From a candidate division WOR-3 bacterium (GTDB lineage Bacteria > Hydrothermota > Hydrothermia > Hydrothermales > Hydrothermaceae): a DNA stretch of 23,504 bases. The stretch covers positions 1 to 23,504 of the forward strand of contig JBDRZD010000008.1 in the NCBI GenBank assembly GCA_039803745.1, in the 5' to 3' direction. The notes beneath the pieces were generated by a model. That model was not told the origin of the DNA, did not search any database, and saw only the letters and a list, made by a program, of their open reading frames with translations. Below are positions 7,946 through 16,639 of the stretch, one piece after another. Made by a program: the position numbers and the translations under genes. Positions within the stretch are counted from its first letter, which is position 1. Every line of letters begins with the position of its first letter.

Positions 7946-8155
7946 ATGAGAGATAAAGTTACAATAAAAATTCCAAGACCCCTTTATAATAAATTAAAAA
8001 AAATTATTGAAGGAACAGGATTTTCAAGTGTTAATGAATTCATTGTTTATGTTTTAAGAGACCTTGTTTCAATAAAAGAGGAGAGTAAAGAAGAATTGAC
8101 AAAAGAGGAGATTCAAAAAATAAGAGAAAGACTTAAGAATTTAGGCTATCTATAA
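7946..8155 (+). CDS. CopG/ribbon-helix-helix transcriptional regulator with a C-terminal RLxxLGY motif
   Basis: Ribbon VTIKIP, helix LYNKLKKII, turn GFSSVNEFIVYVLR; acidic tail ending IRERLKNLGYL. Confidence 0.85.
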   Translation: MRDKVTIKIPRPLYNKLKKIIEGTGFSSVNEFIVYVLRDLVSIKEESKEELTKEEIQKIRERLKNLGYL

Positions 8156-8162
8156 TTATAAA

Positions 8163-8217
8163 AATTTGTTTAATTTGTTTGACATTTTGTACTCCAATTA
8201 GAGTATAATTAGAGTAT
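8163..8217 (+). promoter_or_regulatory. Promoter/operator region of the TauE gene
   Basis: TTGACA 8179-8184 and TATAAT 8204-8209 (19-bp spacer); near-palindrome TACTCCAATTAGAGTA 8190-8205; tandem AATTAGAGTAT x2 at 8196-8217; tandem AATTTGTTT x2 at 8163-8180. Confidence 0.55.
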
Positions 8218-8218
8218 T

Positions 8219-9025
8219 ATGAAAAATTTAATTTTGGTTTTTTGTTCGTTCCTTTTTGAGTTTATTGATAGTTCAATAGGAATGGGTTATGGAACTGAAT
8301 TAACTCCTCTTTTAATTCTTTTGGGTTTTCCTCCTTCAAAAGTTGTTCCTTGCGTTTTATTCTCAGAATTTATAACAGGAATTTTAGCAGGCATATTTCA
8401 TCATAAATTGGGTAATGTAAAGTTTGATTTTAGAAGGGATGAAAAGGTTTTAAAAAGGCTTTCGGGACTTGGTTATGTTCCAAAATCTTTTGATGCAAAG
8501 GTTAGTTATTTTCTTATAATTTTTGGAGTAATAGGAGCAATCTTTGCTTCTTTAATTTCAATAAAACTTCCAAAAAAATTCGTAACTTTTTATATTGCTT
8601 TTATGGTAACAGGAATAGGAATTTATATTCTTATAAATTTGAATAAAAAAATTGTTTTTAATTGGAGAACATTTTTATTCATTGCGCTTTTAAGTGGATT
8701 CAATAAAGGCATTTCAGCAGGTGGATATGGTCCGCTTGTTGCCGGAGGTCAGATTATTTCAGGTCGCTCTGCAAAAAGTTCAATAGGGACAACCTCCCTT
8801 GCAGAAGGAATCATATGTTTTATATCTATTTTAATTTATGTTTTTTTAGGGAAAGGTATAGATTTTAAAATAGGTATTCCCCTTCTTATAGGAAGTGTTC
8901 TATCTGTTCCTTTTTCAGCACTATTTGTTAAAAAAACACCTGAAAAAAATTTGAAAACTTTGATTGGAATAATCATTTTAATACTCGGAATTTCAAATAT
9001 TTTGAAGGTTTTTAATCTCTTTTAA
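8219..9025 (+). CDS. Sulfite exporter TauE/SafE (TSUP) family membrane transporter
   Basis: Two internal repeats with Gly motifs (FIDSSIGMGYGTELTPLL; GFNKGISAGGYGPLV), ~8 TM segments. Confidence 0.9.
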   Translation: MKNLILVFCSFLFEFIDSSIGMGYGTELTPLLILLGFPPSKVVPCVLFSEFITGILAGIFHHKLGNVKFDFRRDEKVLKRLSGLGYVPKSFDAKVSYFLIIFGVIGAIFASLISIKLPKKFVTFYIAFMVTGIGIYILINLNKKIVFNWRTFLFIALLSGFNKGISAGGYGPLVAGGQIISGRSAKSSIGTTSLAEGIICFISILIYVFLGKGIDFKIGIPLLIGSVLSVPFSALFVKKTPEKNLKTLIGIIILILGISNILKVFNLF

Positions 9026-9730
9026 AATTGGTATATTTTCAATTTTTTCGTCATCAAGGAATTCCCATAATATTCCCTTTGGTTTTTGGAGTTTAATTTC
9101 TATTTTATATAAATTAAAAGGTGTTATTATATAATCAACAGGTATATCATGTGGTAAAAATGGAATATCTTCATCTATTATTTGTAAAGGATGAACACTT
9201 GTAATTATCTTTGTATTTTCATCAATAAATCCAAAATTTCTTCCTATCGCATACTCTAAATCAGAATATCCTCCTCCCTTCCCGATTCTTTTTCCATTTA
9301 AATTTACTGCAACAGAACCTGCAATTATTAAATCTATTCTTTTAATTTCCTTTGGATGAACTTTTTCCCCAAGTTTAAATGCCCCTTTTATTGTTGAAGC
9401 AAATGATACATCTTTTATTTTTTCAGGATCAATTTTTATAAAACATTTTAATTCCCTTAATCTTGGAAAAGCCATATAAACTATTTTCCCTTCTTTTAAT
9501 GCCTTTTCCCTTATATGTTTTTGCGGCGAATCAGGATTTGATTTTATAAATTTTGCCTTTTTCCATTCAGGAACTTCTTCTAAGAATCTTATACATTTTT
9601 CAGCATCTTTAAAATTTGGTATTCTACCCCATGCACCCGGAAATACAGCAACATTTTTCTCTTCAAGAAGTTTCCATATCCTTTCCCTTATATTCTTCTT
9701 TTTTTCTCTTATTTTCTCTATTTCCTTCAT
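8993..9730 (-). CDS. 5-formyltetrahydrofolate cyclo-ligase family protein (MTHFSD-like subgroup)
   Basis: [19 protein letters not shown]...[23 protein letters not shown] motifs. Confidence 0.88.
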   Translation of the reverse strand: MKEIEKIREKKKNIRERIWKLLEEKNVAVFPGAWGRIPNFKDAEKCIRFLEEVPEWKKAKFIKSNPDSPQKHIREKALKEGKIVYMAFPRLRELKCFIKIDPEKIKDVSFASTIKGAFKLGEKVHPKEIKRIDLIIAGSVAVNLNGKRIGKGGGYSDLEYAIGRNFGFIDENTKIITSVHPLQIIDEDIPFLPHDIPVDYIITPFNLYKIEIKLQKPKGILWEFLDDEKIENIPILKEIKNLQNI

Positions 9731-10413
9731 GCAATTGCAATTGTCAAAGCAAGTATTTTCATAACGCCCCTTTCCTTTAAAAGATTAGAAATCTCATTCA
9801 AAGTGGCTCCTGTTGTGACAACATCATCAAATATTATTACTTTCTTATCTTTAAAATCAATTTTTGTTTTAAAAACCCCTTTTATATTATTCATTCTTTC
9901 TTTTTCATCTTTAATCTTTGCCTGTGGCTTTGTGTATTTTATTCTGAAGATACCATCTTTTATATAAGGGATTTTAAGTCTTTCTGAAATTTCCCTGCAG
10001 AATATTTCATTCTGATCAAATCCCCTTTCTCTTTTCCTTGCAGGGTGAAGGGGAACCGAAAGAATAAGATCAAATTTTTCATCTATTTTTTCTATTCTCT
10101 CCTTTAAAAGAGGAATTAAAATTTTTGAAATTTTCTTTATCCTTTTATATTTATAATTATGGATTAAATCTAAAATTTTACCTCTATAATGGAATATGGA
10201 TATTATTTCGTCAAACTCAAATTTTTTTTCACATTTATGGTTGTATTTTTTTTCTTTTCCACATTTTCTACAAAAGGGTTCTTTTATAAGAGATCTCATT
10301 GTTTCTTCAAAACATTCATTACATATAATTTCATCTTTTTCAATTTCTTTTTCACATAAAGGACATAAATGAGGGAAGAAAAAATTAAAAATATTTTCTA
10401 AAATTCTTTTCAT
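9727..10413 (-). CDS. comF: ComF family competence protein (double zinc ribbon plus PRTase domain)
   Basis: CPLC/CNEC/CRKC zinc motifs, VPLHPARKRERGFDQ, PRPP-binding loop IFDDVVTTGAT. Confidence 0.92.
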   Translation of the reverse strand: MKRILENIFNFFFPHLCPLCEKEIEKDEIICNECFEETMRSLIKEPFCRKCGKEKKYNHKCEKKFEFDEIISIFHYRGKILDLIHNYKYKRIKKISKILIPLLKERIEKIDEKFDLILSVPLHPARKRERGFDQNEIFCREISERLKIPYIKDGIFRIKYTKPQAKIKDEKERMNNIKGVFKTKIDFKDKKVIIFDDVVTTGATLNEISNLLKERGVMKILALTIAIA

Positions 10414-10448
10414 CTTTTAATTATAATCCTTTATAATATTTTCTTCAA
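10409..10448. promoter_or_regulatory. Overlapping divergent promoters for comF and hutI
   Basis: Minus strand: TTGAAG (10448-10443), 17 bp, TATAAT (10425-10420), 6 nt, ATG. Plus strand: TTCATC (10409-10414), 17 bp, TATAAT (10432-10437). Confidence 0.55.
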
Positions 10449-10449
10449 A

Positions 10450-11637
10450 ATGAAGTTAATTCTTAAAAATGTAAGAAAAATTTATGTATGTGATGATGAA
10501 TTTAATATACTTGAAAATTCTTCAATTTATATTGAGAATGGGAAAATCAAAAAAATAGGAAAGATAAAGGAAGAGGAGGGGATAGAGGTTTTTGATGCAA
10601 GTGATTATATCTCTCTTCCCGGTTTTATTGATTCCCATACCCACTTGATATATGCAGGTGATAGATTGGAGGAATTTAAATTAAAACTCCAAGGGATTTC
10701 ATATCTTGAAATTCTTAAAAAAGGAGGCGGGATTCTTAAAACTGTGAATGATACGAAAATGGCAAGTGATGAGGAAATTGAAAATTTAATTCTTGAAAGA
10801 CTTAATATTTTAATAAAAGAAGGTACTACTACCTGTGAGATAAAAACAGGATATGGTCTTTCATTAAAGGATGAGGAAAGGCTTCTTAAAATTTTAAATA
10901 AAATTAAAGAAAAATCTATCCAAGATATTGTAATAACCTATATGGGGGCTCATGCTATTCCTAAAGGGTATTCAAAGAATAAATATGTTGAAGAGATAAT
11001 AAATGAAGGTATCCCAATGGCAAAGGAATATGCAGAATTCTGCGATGTTTTTTGTGAAAAAGGAGTTTTTACCTATTCTCAGAGTAAAAGAATATGTGAA
11101 AAAGCAAAGGAATTTGGGCTTTTGCCAAAAATCCATGCAGATGAAATTTCCGATTCAAAAGGTGCCTATCTTGCAGGTGAGATAGGTGCTGTTTCCTGTG
11201 AACATATGGTTCACTCAAGCATAAGAGGAATAAAAAAGATGAAAGAAAAAGATGTTATTGCAGTTCTATTACCTGCAACCTCTTTCTTTTTAAGAAAAAA
11301 ATTTGCTGATACAAAAAAGATAAAAAATGAAGGAGTAAAAATAGCAATTGCAACAGACCATAATCCGGGTACTTCTCCTTGTTTTTCCCTTTTAACTCCT
11401 GCAAAGTTAGCCCTTTTTATAATGAAAATGGAAATAAAGGATGTTATTCTTGGTATTACTTTAAATGCTGCGAGGGCAATAAAAAGAGAAAACATTTTGG
11501 GAAGCATAGAAGAAGGAAAACAGGCAGATATTATCCTTTTCAAAATTCCTGACATTCATTACCTTTTTTATAATTTTGATTATAATTTTAAAAAAGTTAT
11601 TATTAAAAAGGGAAAAATTATTTATAAGGATACTTGA
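10450..11637 (+). CDS. hutI: Imidazolonepropionase
   Basis: PGFIDSHTHLIYAGDR, GGGILKTV, EIKTGYGL, GAHAIP, DVFCEKG, KIHADE, ATDHNPGTS. Confidence 0.95.
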   Translation: MKLILKNVRKIYVCDDEFNILENSSIYIENGKIKKIGKIKEEEGIEVFDASDYISLPGFIDSHTHLIYAGDRLEEFKLKLQGISYLEILKKGGGILKTVNDTKMASDEEIENLILERLNILIKEGTTTCEIKTGYGLSLKDEERLLKILNKIKEKSIQDIVITYMGAHAIPKGYSKNKYVEEIINEGIPMAKEYAEFCDVFCEKGVFTYSQSKRICEKAKEFGLLPKIHADEISDSKGAYLAGEIGAVSCEHMVHSSIRGIKKMKEKDVIAVLLPATSFFLRKKFADTKKIKNEGVKIAIATDHNPGTSPCFSLLTPAKLALFIMKMEIKDVILGITLNAARAIKRENILGSIEEGKQADIILFKIPDIHYLFYNFDYNFKKVIIKKGKIIYKDT

Positions 11638-11662
11638 AGAATTTTAATTTTTTTGGTATAAT
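11634..11662 (+). promoter_or_regulatory. Sigma70 promoter for the TPR-ExeA-glycan operon
   Basis: TTGAAG, 17 bp, extended -10 TGgTATAAT; SD AGGAGG at 11695-11700. Confidence 0.65.
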
Positions 11663-11705
11663 AAAAATCTAAAAGTGAGAAAAAATTATGTAATAGGAGG
11701 TAAAA

Positions 11706-13091
11706 ATGGAAATAGAGATGTTTTTTAAAAATAAAATATATAAATTTCTAAGAGAGAGGGATTTTGAAAAGGCAAAGAATCTTCTTCAAAGGGAAATTGA
11801 GGAAGACCCTGAAAATCCTAATTTATACCAGCTTTTAGGTGATATATACCTCGAAACAGGTGAAGAGGAAAAAGCTCTTGAAAACTATAAAAAATCACTT
11901 AAAATCAGCAAGGATAAAAAAGAAGAAATTGAACTTTTACCTATTTTTTTAAAAATAAAAAAAATAGAAGGAGAAAACCTATCTGTAAATGTTCCAATTT
12001 GTGATATTTCTTTAAAATATGGACTTAAAGAGGAATTCAAAAATGTATTCATCAATTACTTTAAAGGGCTTTTGAATTCAAGAAAGAAGGAAGAGGGTAT
12101 CAAATTCATTGAAAGTCTGTTTAAAGAAGAAAGCATTAAGAATGAGTTTTTATTTTATTTTCTTTCAAACTTTGGAGAGGGAGAAGAAAATTTAAAAAAA
12201 GCCATTTCTGAATATGAAAAAAAAGGGGATAAAGAAAATGTTATTAATTTGAAAAGATTTTTTGGTGGAGGAGTTGATATCCAGAAACTTAAGGATATAA
12301 TCAAAATAGAAGGAATAGAAGAAAGAAAACTTGAACCAGAAGGAACCTTAGAACTTGCAGAACTTTTAGATAACATAGGTTCAAAGGAAGAAGCCTTAAA
12401 TGAGTATTTGAGCTCAATATATGGATTTTGTGTAGAAAGAAATGATTTTGAAAAATGCAAAGAAATTATTACTAAAATGAAAAATCTTGGTATCCCTGAT
12501 GAAAGAATAGAAAAAGTTGAGGAGTTTATAGAAAATCCACCAACAGTAAAGACAGAAATTAATTATGATGAAATTTTTTCTTCACTACAAAAAAGATTGG
12601 ATGAAATTGTTCAAGAAGATATTGAAAATTTGAAAAGAATAGGTGCAATTTTTTCCTCTTCTCTTTTGCACAATGAATCAATTCGCATTTTTGAAAGCAT
12701 TCTGAAAAAGAACATCTCTATTGATAAATTTATAGAATATTACCTTTATTCTCTTTATGAAACAGGAGAATATGAAAAAATTATTGAAATAGAAGCCCTT
12801 GATTTAGCAAGAGAGGATATTTTGAAATATTTCAAAGCGATTTCTTATGAAAAACTTGGTGATATAAATTCCGCTCTTGAAATTTTGAGTGGAATATATG
12901 AAAAAAATCCTGATTTCATGGATATAGAAGAAAGACTTAGAAAAATTAAGGGTGAAGAGGTTATAATGGTGCCAGAGGAAGAAGTAATTGAAGAAGCTGT
13001 TGAAGAAGTTGAGGTTATTCAGGAAATTTCCCAGGAAAGCCCTAAAGAAGAAAGAAAGGGATTTAATGAGAGAATTATAATTATTTATTAG
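11706..13091 (+). CDS. Tetratricopeptide repeat protein
   Basis: TPRs at the N-terminus (LYQLLGDIYLETGEEEKALENY) and C-terminus (YFKAISYEKLGDINSALEIL...NPDFMDIEERL); acidic tail. Confidence 0.85.
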   Translation: MEIEMFFKNKIYKFLRERDFEKAKNLLQREIEEDPENPNLYQLLGDIYLETGEEEKALENYKKSLKISKDKKEEIELLPIFLKIKKIEGENLSVNVPICDISLKYGLKEEFKNVFINYFKGLLNSRKKEEGIKFIESLFKEESIKNEFLFYFLSNFGEGEENLKKAISEYEKKGDKENVINLKRFFGGGVDIQKLKDIIKIEGIEERKLEPEGTLELAELLDNIGSKEEALNEYLSSIYGFCVERNDFEKCKEIITKMKNLGIPDERIEKVEEFIENPPTVKTEINYDEIFSSLQKRLDEIVQEDIENLKRIGAIFSSSLLHNESIRIFESILKKNISIDKFIEYYLYSLYETGEYEKIIEIEALDLAREDILKYFKAISYEKLGDINSALEILSGIYEKNPDFMDIEERLRKIKGEEVIMVPEEEVIEEAVEEVEVIQEISQESPKEERKGFNERIIIIY

Positions 13092-13101
13092 GAGGAAAAA
13101 G

Positions 13102-13911
13102 ATGAAAATATATGAATATTTTGGATTAAAGCAAGATCCTTTTTCTATGATTCCAGACCCTAAACTTTTCTATGAATCAAAACCACATTCAGAGGCTCTT
13201 TTAAGGGTTATTTTTTCAATTGAAAATAATAGAGGTGCTGTTGCAATTACAGGAGATGCTGGAACAGGGAAAAGCATACTTTTGAGAAAAATTCTCTTGA
13301 ATCTTTATGAAAATAAAAGTTATGAACCTCTCCTTATTATATGTGCCCATTCTGAATTCGATAGAAAATGGTTTTTGAAAAAATTGCTTAATTTTTATGG
13401 AATTGAAGGAAAAGAGAACGATATTTTTCCTCTTCTTGTTAAAAAAATTATGGAAAAATATGAGGAAAGAAACGAGAAGATGGTTCTTCTTATAGATGAA
13501 GCCGATAAAATAAAGAATAAAGAAGTGATGGAAGATTTAAGGAATTTATTAAACCTTGAAGCCGGGATAGAAAAGGTATTTCATCTCGTTCTTGTAGGCT
13601 CAAAAGACCTTGCCCAAAATTTAAAAACTTATACTCCTTTTTATCAGAGAATTGCAATATGGGCAGAATTAAGCGAAATCCCAAAAGATGAGATTGAAAA
13701 TTATATAAATTTTAGGATAGAAAAATGTGGCGGGGTAAAGGAGATTTTCACAAAAAAAGCGATAGAGAAAATTGCTCTATATTCTCGTGGTATCCCGAGG
13801 GTTATAAATATAATATGTGATTCTGCTCTTTTGGAGGCTTATCTTGAAAAGAAGGAAAAAGTAAACGAGGAGATAATAGAAAAGGTTGCTAATATGAGAG
13901 GAATTAAATGA
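13102..13911 (+). CDS. exeA: ExeA/GspA-family AAA+ ATPase
   Basis: YFGLKQDPFSMIPDPKLFY start, Walker A GDAGTGKS, Walker B LLIDEAD, GIPRVINIICDSALL; no TM or peptidoglycan-binding tail. Confidence 0.9.
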   Translation: MKIYEYFGLKQDPFSMIPDPKLFYESKPHSEALLRVIFSIENNRGAVAITGDAGTGKSILLRKILLNLYENKSYEPLLIICAHSEFDRKWFLKKLLNFYGIEGKENDIFPLLVKKIMEKYEERNEKMVLLIDEADKIKNKEVMEDLRNLLNLEAGIEKVFHLVLVGSKDLAQNLKTYTPFYQRIAIWAELSEIPKDEIENYINFRIEKCGGVKEIFTKKAIEKIALYSRGIPRVINIICDSALLEAYLEKKEKVNEEIIEKVANMRGIK

Positions 13912-15830
13912 GGGAAAGTAAAGAGATACTTGAAATAAAGAAAAAGGCAGCCGAGTATCAGGCACAGGGACTTTATAAGCAAGCTCTCCAAGAACTTCAG
14001 AAACTTTTAAATTATCCTGACGCAATTGACGAAAGTATTTATCAGAGGATAGGGGAATTACATAAAAAACTTGGGAACAAAAAGGAAGCTCTTGAATATT
14101 ATTTAAAAGCAATGGAAGGCTATAAAAAACATGATGCCCATTCTTATTTAATTCCCTTATATAAAAAAATACTTGAAATAGAACCAACAAAGAAAGAGCT
14201 TTTAATTGATCTTGCGGAGTCTTATTATCAAAGGGGCATGATAACAGAAGCGGCTAAAGTGCTTCATGAATATGCTGATTATGTATATCAAAAAGGCGAA
14301 GTTGACAGGGCTTTTGAGGTCTATAAAAAATTGATGCAAATAATTCCTGAAAATATTTTACTTAAAAAAGAAGTTGCTGAACTCTATCTCCTTCACAATC
14401 GCCCCAAAGAAGCATGGAAAATATATAGAGATATATTTGAGCATTATAAAAAAATTGGAAGAGAAGATAAGTTAATGGAAATAAGAGAAAAGATGGAGGA
14501 GATAGAGATAATTTTAGGTGAGGAAAAGATAGAGATTGAAGAAGTTCAAGAAATAGAGAAAGGAGAAAAAGAAGATCAAGAAGAAAAAGAATTTGTTTCA
14601 GTTGAAGATTTGCTAAAAGGAGAGAAAGTTGGATTTCGGGAATTCATTATAAAACCAAAAGAAGAATTAAAAGAAGAATTAAAAGAAGAAAAGGTTGAAG
14701 AAATACAAGAAATAAAAGAGGATATTCCCAAAGAAGAAATTCCTGTTGAAGAGTTTCCAAAGAAAGAAGTTTTGGAGAGAGAGAAAGAAGAAGTTGAACC
14801 GAAAATAAAACCAAAAGGATGGGAGCAGATAGTTGAAATGGGTGATGTATATTTAGAATTGGGAGAAAAAGATGAAGCTTTAAAGGACTATTATACCGCA
14901 GCTGAGGGGTATTATAAGGATCAAGATCTTATGAATGCAATTAGGGTGTATAAAAAGATTGCTGATCTTTTTCCTCTTGAACTCCAGGCAAGACAGAAAC
15001 TTGTTCAAATAGCACAACAGATGAAGGATAAAAACCTTTTAGTTGAATCACTACTTGAACTCGCAAATTGCCTCTATGAAAGAGGGGATAAGGAAAAGGC
15101 GAAGATGTGGTACTTTCAAATTTTGAAAAGGGCTGATCCTAATTGCAGAGAGGCAAGAGAAAGACTCATGGTACTTGCTCCTGATCTTTTAGAAAAATTG
15201 GAGAAGAAGGTTGAGACAGAAAAAGTAGTTATAGAAGAAAAGGAAGAAAAAAAAGAAGAAAAGGTGAAAGAGGAAATTATAGAGGAAGTCGAAATTGTTT
15301 CGGAAACTAATTTTATTGATCTTGGAGAAGAGATAAGAAAAGAGCTCGAAAAAGAAGAGAAAATTTCTATGAAAAAAGAGGAAAAAGAAATATTTGACCA
15401 TATAAAAGAATCTATATACACTCATGCAGAAAAGGTTGACCCAGTTTATGCATTAGAAGTGGGTATGGCAATGAAAGAGTTAGGTCTTTTTGATGAAGCA
15501 ATTAATAATTTAAAAAAAGCACTTGCAGGAGATGATAAGATAAAAAAAGAAGCATATTATTATCTTGGACAAATATTTGCTCAAATAAAAAGATATGATA
15601 TGGCAATAGAGAATTTATTGAATGCTTTGAATATCAAAACAGAAAATGAAGAAATAGAAAGGGCAGTATACTATGAACTTGGGAAAGCATATGAAGCAAT
15701 TGATAATTTTAGAGAAGCCATTAAATATTATAAAATTTTATACGAAAAAGATCCAACTTATAAGGAACTTAAAGAAAAAATAATTCAACTCGCAAGAAAA
15801 ATTAAACTTTCAGGGAAAGGAAATCAATGA
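13908..15830 (+). CDS. Multi-domain TPR protein with Glu/Lys-rich linkers (SgmX-like architecture)
   Basis: Three TPR blocks separated by EK-rich linkers; C-terminal block VGMAMKELGLFDEAI...YYELGKAYE...DPTYKELKEKI. Confidence 0.85.
   Translation: MRESKEILEIKKKAAEYQAQGLYKQALQELQKLLNYPDAIDESIYQRIGELHKKLGNKKEALEYYLKAMEGYKKHDAHSYLIPLYKKILEIEPTKKELLIDLAESYYQRGMITEAAKVLHEYADYVYQKGEVDRAFEVYKKLMQIIPENILLKKEVAELYLLHNRPKEAWKIYRDIFEHYKKIGREDKLMEIREKMEEIEIILGEEKIEIEEVQEIEKGEKEDQEEKEFVSVEDLLKGEKVGFREFIIKPKEELKEELKEEKVEEIQEIKEDIPKEEIPVEEFPKKEVLEREKEEVEPKIKPKGWEQIVEMGDVYLELGEKDEALKDYYTAAEGYYKDQDLMNAIRVYKKIADLFPLELQARQKLVQIAQQMKDKNLLVESLLELANCLYERGDKEKAKMWYFQILKRADPNCREARERLMVLAPDLLEKLEKKVETEKVVIEEKEEKKEEKVKEEIIEEVEIVSETNFIDLGEEIRKELEKEEKISMKKEEKEIFDHIKESIYTHAEKVDPVYALEVGMAMKELGLFDEAINNLKKALAGDDKIKKEAYYYLGQIFAQIKRYDMAIENLLNALNIKTENEEIERAVYYELGKAYEAIDNFREAIKYYKILYEKDPTYKELKEKIIQLARKIKLSGKGNQ
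14658..14690 (+). repeat. In-frame 12-bp tandem repeat (KEEL x2.75)
   Basis: AAAGAAGAATTA AAAGAAGAATTA AAAGAAGAA. Confidence 0.6.
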
Positions 15831-16639
15831 GAATAGATCTTCATCTTCATACAAGTGCATCAGATGGGGAGCTTTCTCCTTATGATTTGATTCTTTTATG
15901 TAAGAGAATTGGATTTGACATAATTGCAATTGCAGATCATGATACAATGAAAGGTTTTGAAGAAATAAAGGATATTAAAATAGGTATTGAGATAATCCCT
16001 GCCGTGGAATTATCAGTGAGAGAGGAAAATAAAGATATACATCTTTTGGGTTATTATGTGAATAATGAGGGCAGTCCTCTTTTTGATTATTTAAAAATAT
16101 TCAGGGAAGAAAGGATAAGAAGGATTTATAAAATAGTAGAAAATTTAAAAAAAATGGGAATAAAAATTGAAGCAGAGGAAATTTTTAAAGAAAGTAATAA
16201 TGCCCATGCAATAGGAAGACCACATGTTGCAAGGGTTCTTGTTAAAAAGGGATATGCAGAAAATATAGATGACGCCTTTGAGAAATACATAGGTTATTCA
16301 TCTCCTGCCTATGTTCCTAAATATAAAATTGGAGTAAAAGAAGGAATTGATATAATTATAAAAAGTAAAGGTATACCCATTCTTGCTCATCCCGGTCAAT
16401 ATTATGATTTAGAATATTTTTTATTTTTAAAAAATTACGGATTAAAAGGTATTGAGGTATGGCATCCTGATAATGAAAAATATTTAGAAGAACTTTTAGA
16501 ATTTGTTGAGAAAAATAAATTTTTAAAAACAGGTGGAAGTGATTTTCATGGATTTAACCACGATAGTAAAAAGGAAATAGGTAAGATTTTAATTCCTTAT
16601 GAGTCGGTTCTTGCTCTGAAAAAAGAAAGAACAAATTGA
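15827..16639 (+). CDS. PHP domain phosphoesterase (YciV/TrpH family)
   Basis: DLHLHTSASDG, ADHD, AVELS, HLLGY, GRPHVA, LAHP, GGSDFHG. Confidence 0.93.
   Translation: MRIDLHLHTSASDGELSPYDLILLCKRIGFDIIAIADHDTMKGFEEIKDIKIGIEIIPAVELSVREENKDIHLLGYYVNNEGSPLFDYLKIFREERIRRIYKIVENLKKMGIKIEAEEIFKESNNAHAIGRPHVARVLVKKGYAENIDDAFEKYIGYSSPAYVPKYKIGVKEGIDIIIKSKGIPILAHPGQYYDLEYFLFLKNYGLKGIEVWHPDNEKYLEELLEFVEKNKFLKTGGSDFHGFNHDSKKEIGKILIPYESVLALKKERTN

Noticed and set aside
14520..15390. GAA/AAA-rich repeats as a possible CRISPR or satellite array
   Set aside because: Low-complexity Glu/Lys coding linkers; no repeat-spacer periodicity
11003..15425. Nested or antisense ORFs within hutI and the TPR/ExeA genes
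   Set aside because: Ser/Phe-rich mirror translations of Glu/Lys-rich genes, or out-of-frame fragments
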